Of a stretch of 64,000 nt of DNA, positions 63,625 to 64,000 are shown piece by piece (position 1 is the stretch's first letter; each line of letters begins with the position of its first letter). The position numbers were made by a program, and so were the translations under genes. Origin of the DNA: Octopus sinensis (taxonomy: Eukaryota); the NCBI RefSeq assembly GCF_006345805.1, contig NC_043000.1, positions 21,576,001 to 21,640,000 on the forward strand, given 5' to 3'. Below the pieces are notes generated by a model. It searched no databases. It was given only the letters and a program-made list of their open reading frames with translations, and was not told where the DNA came from.

Positions 63625-64000
63625 GTAAGAGGCTGAACATTTTCTAACAAAATCAACATAATGAACTCTTCTCTGTGTATTTTCATAATTGCTTTCTATT
63701 GATTTGTATTGTAAATTTAAGCATTATGTTTATCCTGTCTATCACTGGTATTTATTTACTCCATTAAATGAACTATCGCAGTAACCACTACATTTTTACA
63801 TAGCTTGTCCTGGATCTGTCAGTCTGCTGCAGTATTCATGGTTTGTAAATAATATTTATGGATCTTGGTCAGAATTTCCAGCCATGATTTTTCAGTTGTT
63901 CATTCGACTGAATGATCAGGATCATTCAATTAACATGAAAGAGGCAGAATATTCCACAGATACCTGTACTCTTAACATAATAAATGCCAGTTGAGCGCTG

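Overview
AT-rich, repeat-dense animal genomic DNA, most consistent with an octopus (coleoid cephalopod). This is inferred from the retroposon families and the abundant (TA)n/(CA)n/(GA)n microsatellites, not from a search. Most of the window is non-coding. It contains dozens of copies of several short retroposon families, labelled A-E here, many with readable target-site duplications (TSDs). It also contains non-autonomous DNA transposons (piggyBac-like TTAA MITEs, hAT-like, a CACTA-like foldback), decayed LINE fragments (CR1, RTE, possibly R4/Dong), a dead mariner transposase split by a SINE, and three minisatellites. One host gene is well supported on the + strand. It has a CpG-rich promoter region (~54.4-56.3 kb), a first coding exon (57687-58373) and a 66-nt exon (63559-63624), and it continues past the window. 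Its peptide resembles the helical segment that precedes the F-box in F-box/WD40 proteins. The first ~10 kb may hold the 3' end of an upstream gene with alternative last exons (weak). The most unusual signal is a ~280-bp foldback at 27223-27504 flanked by a 12-bp direct repeat. Each arm carries a decayed minimal type I hammerhead-ribozyme-like motif with a compensatory G3-C8 core (GUGAACA instead of CUGANGA), as expected for a Penelope-like retroelement terminal repeat. Almost all long ORFs in the supplied track are artefacts of repeats. No prokaryote-style system (CRISPR etc.) is present.
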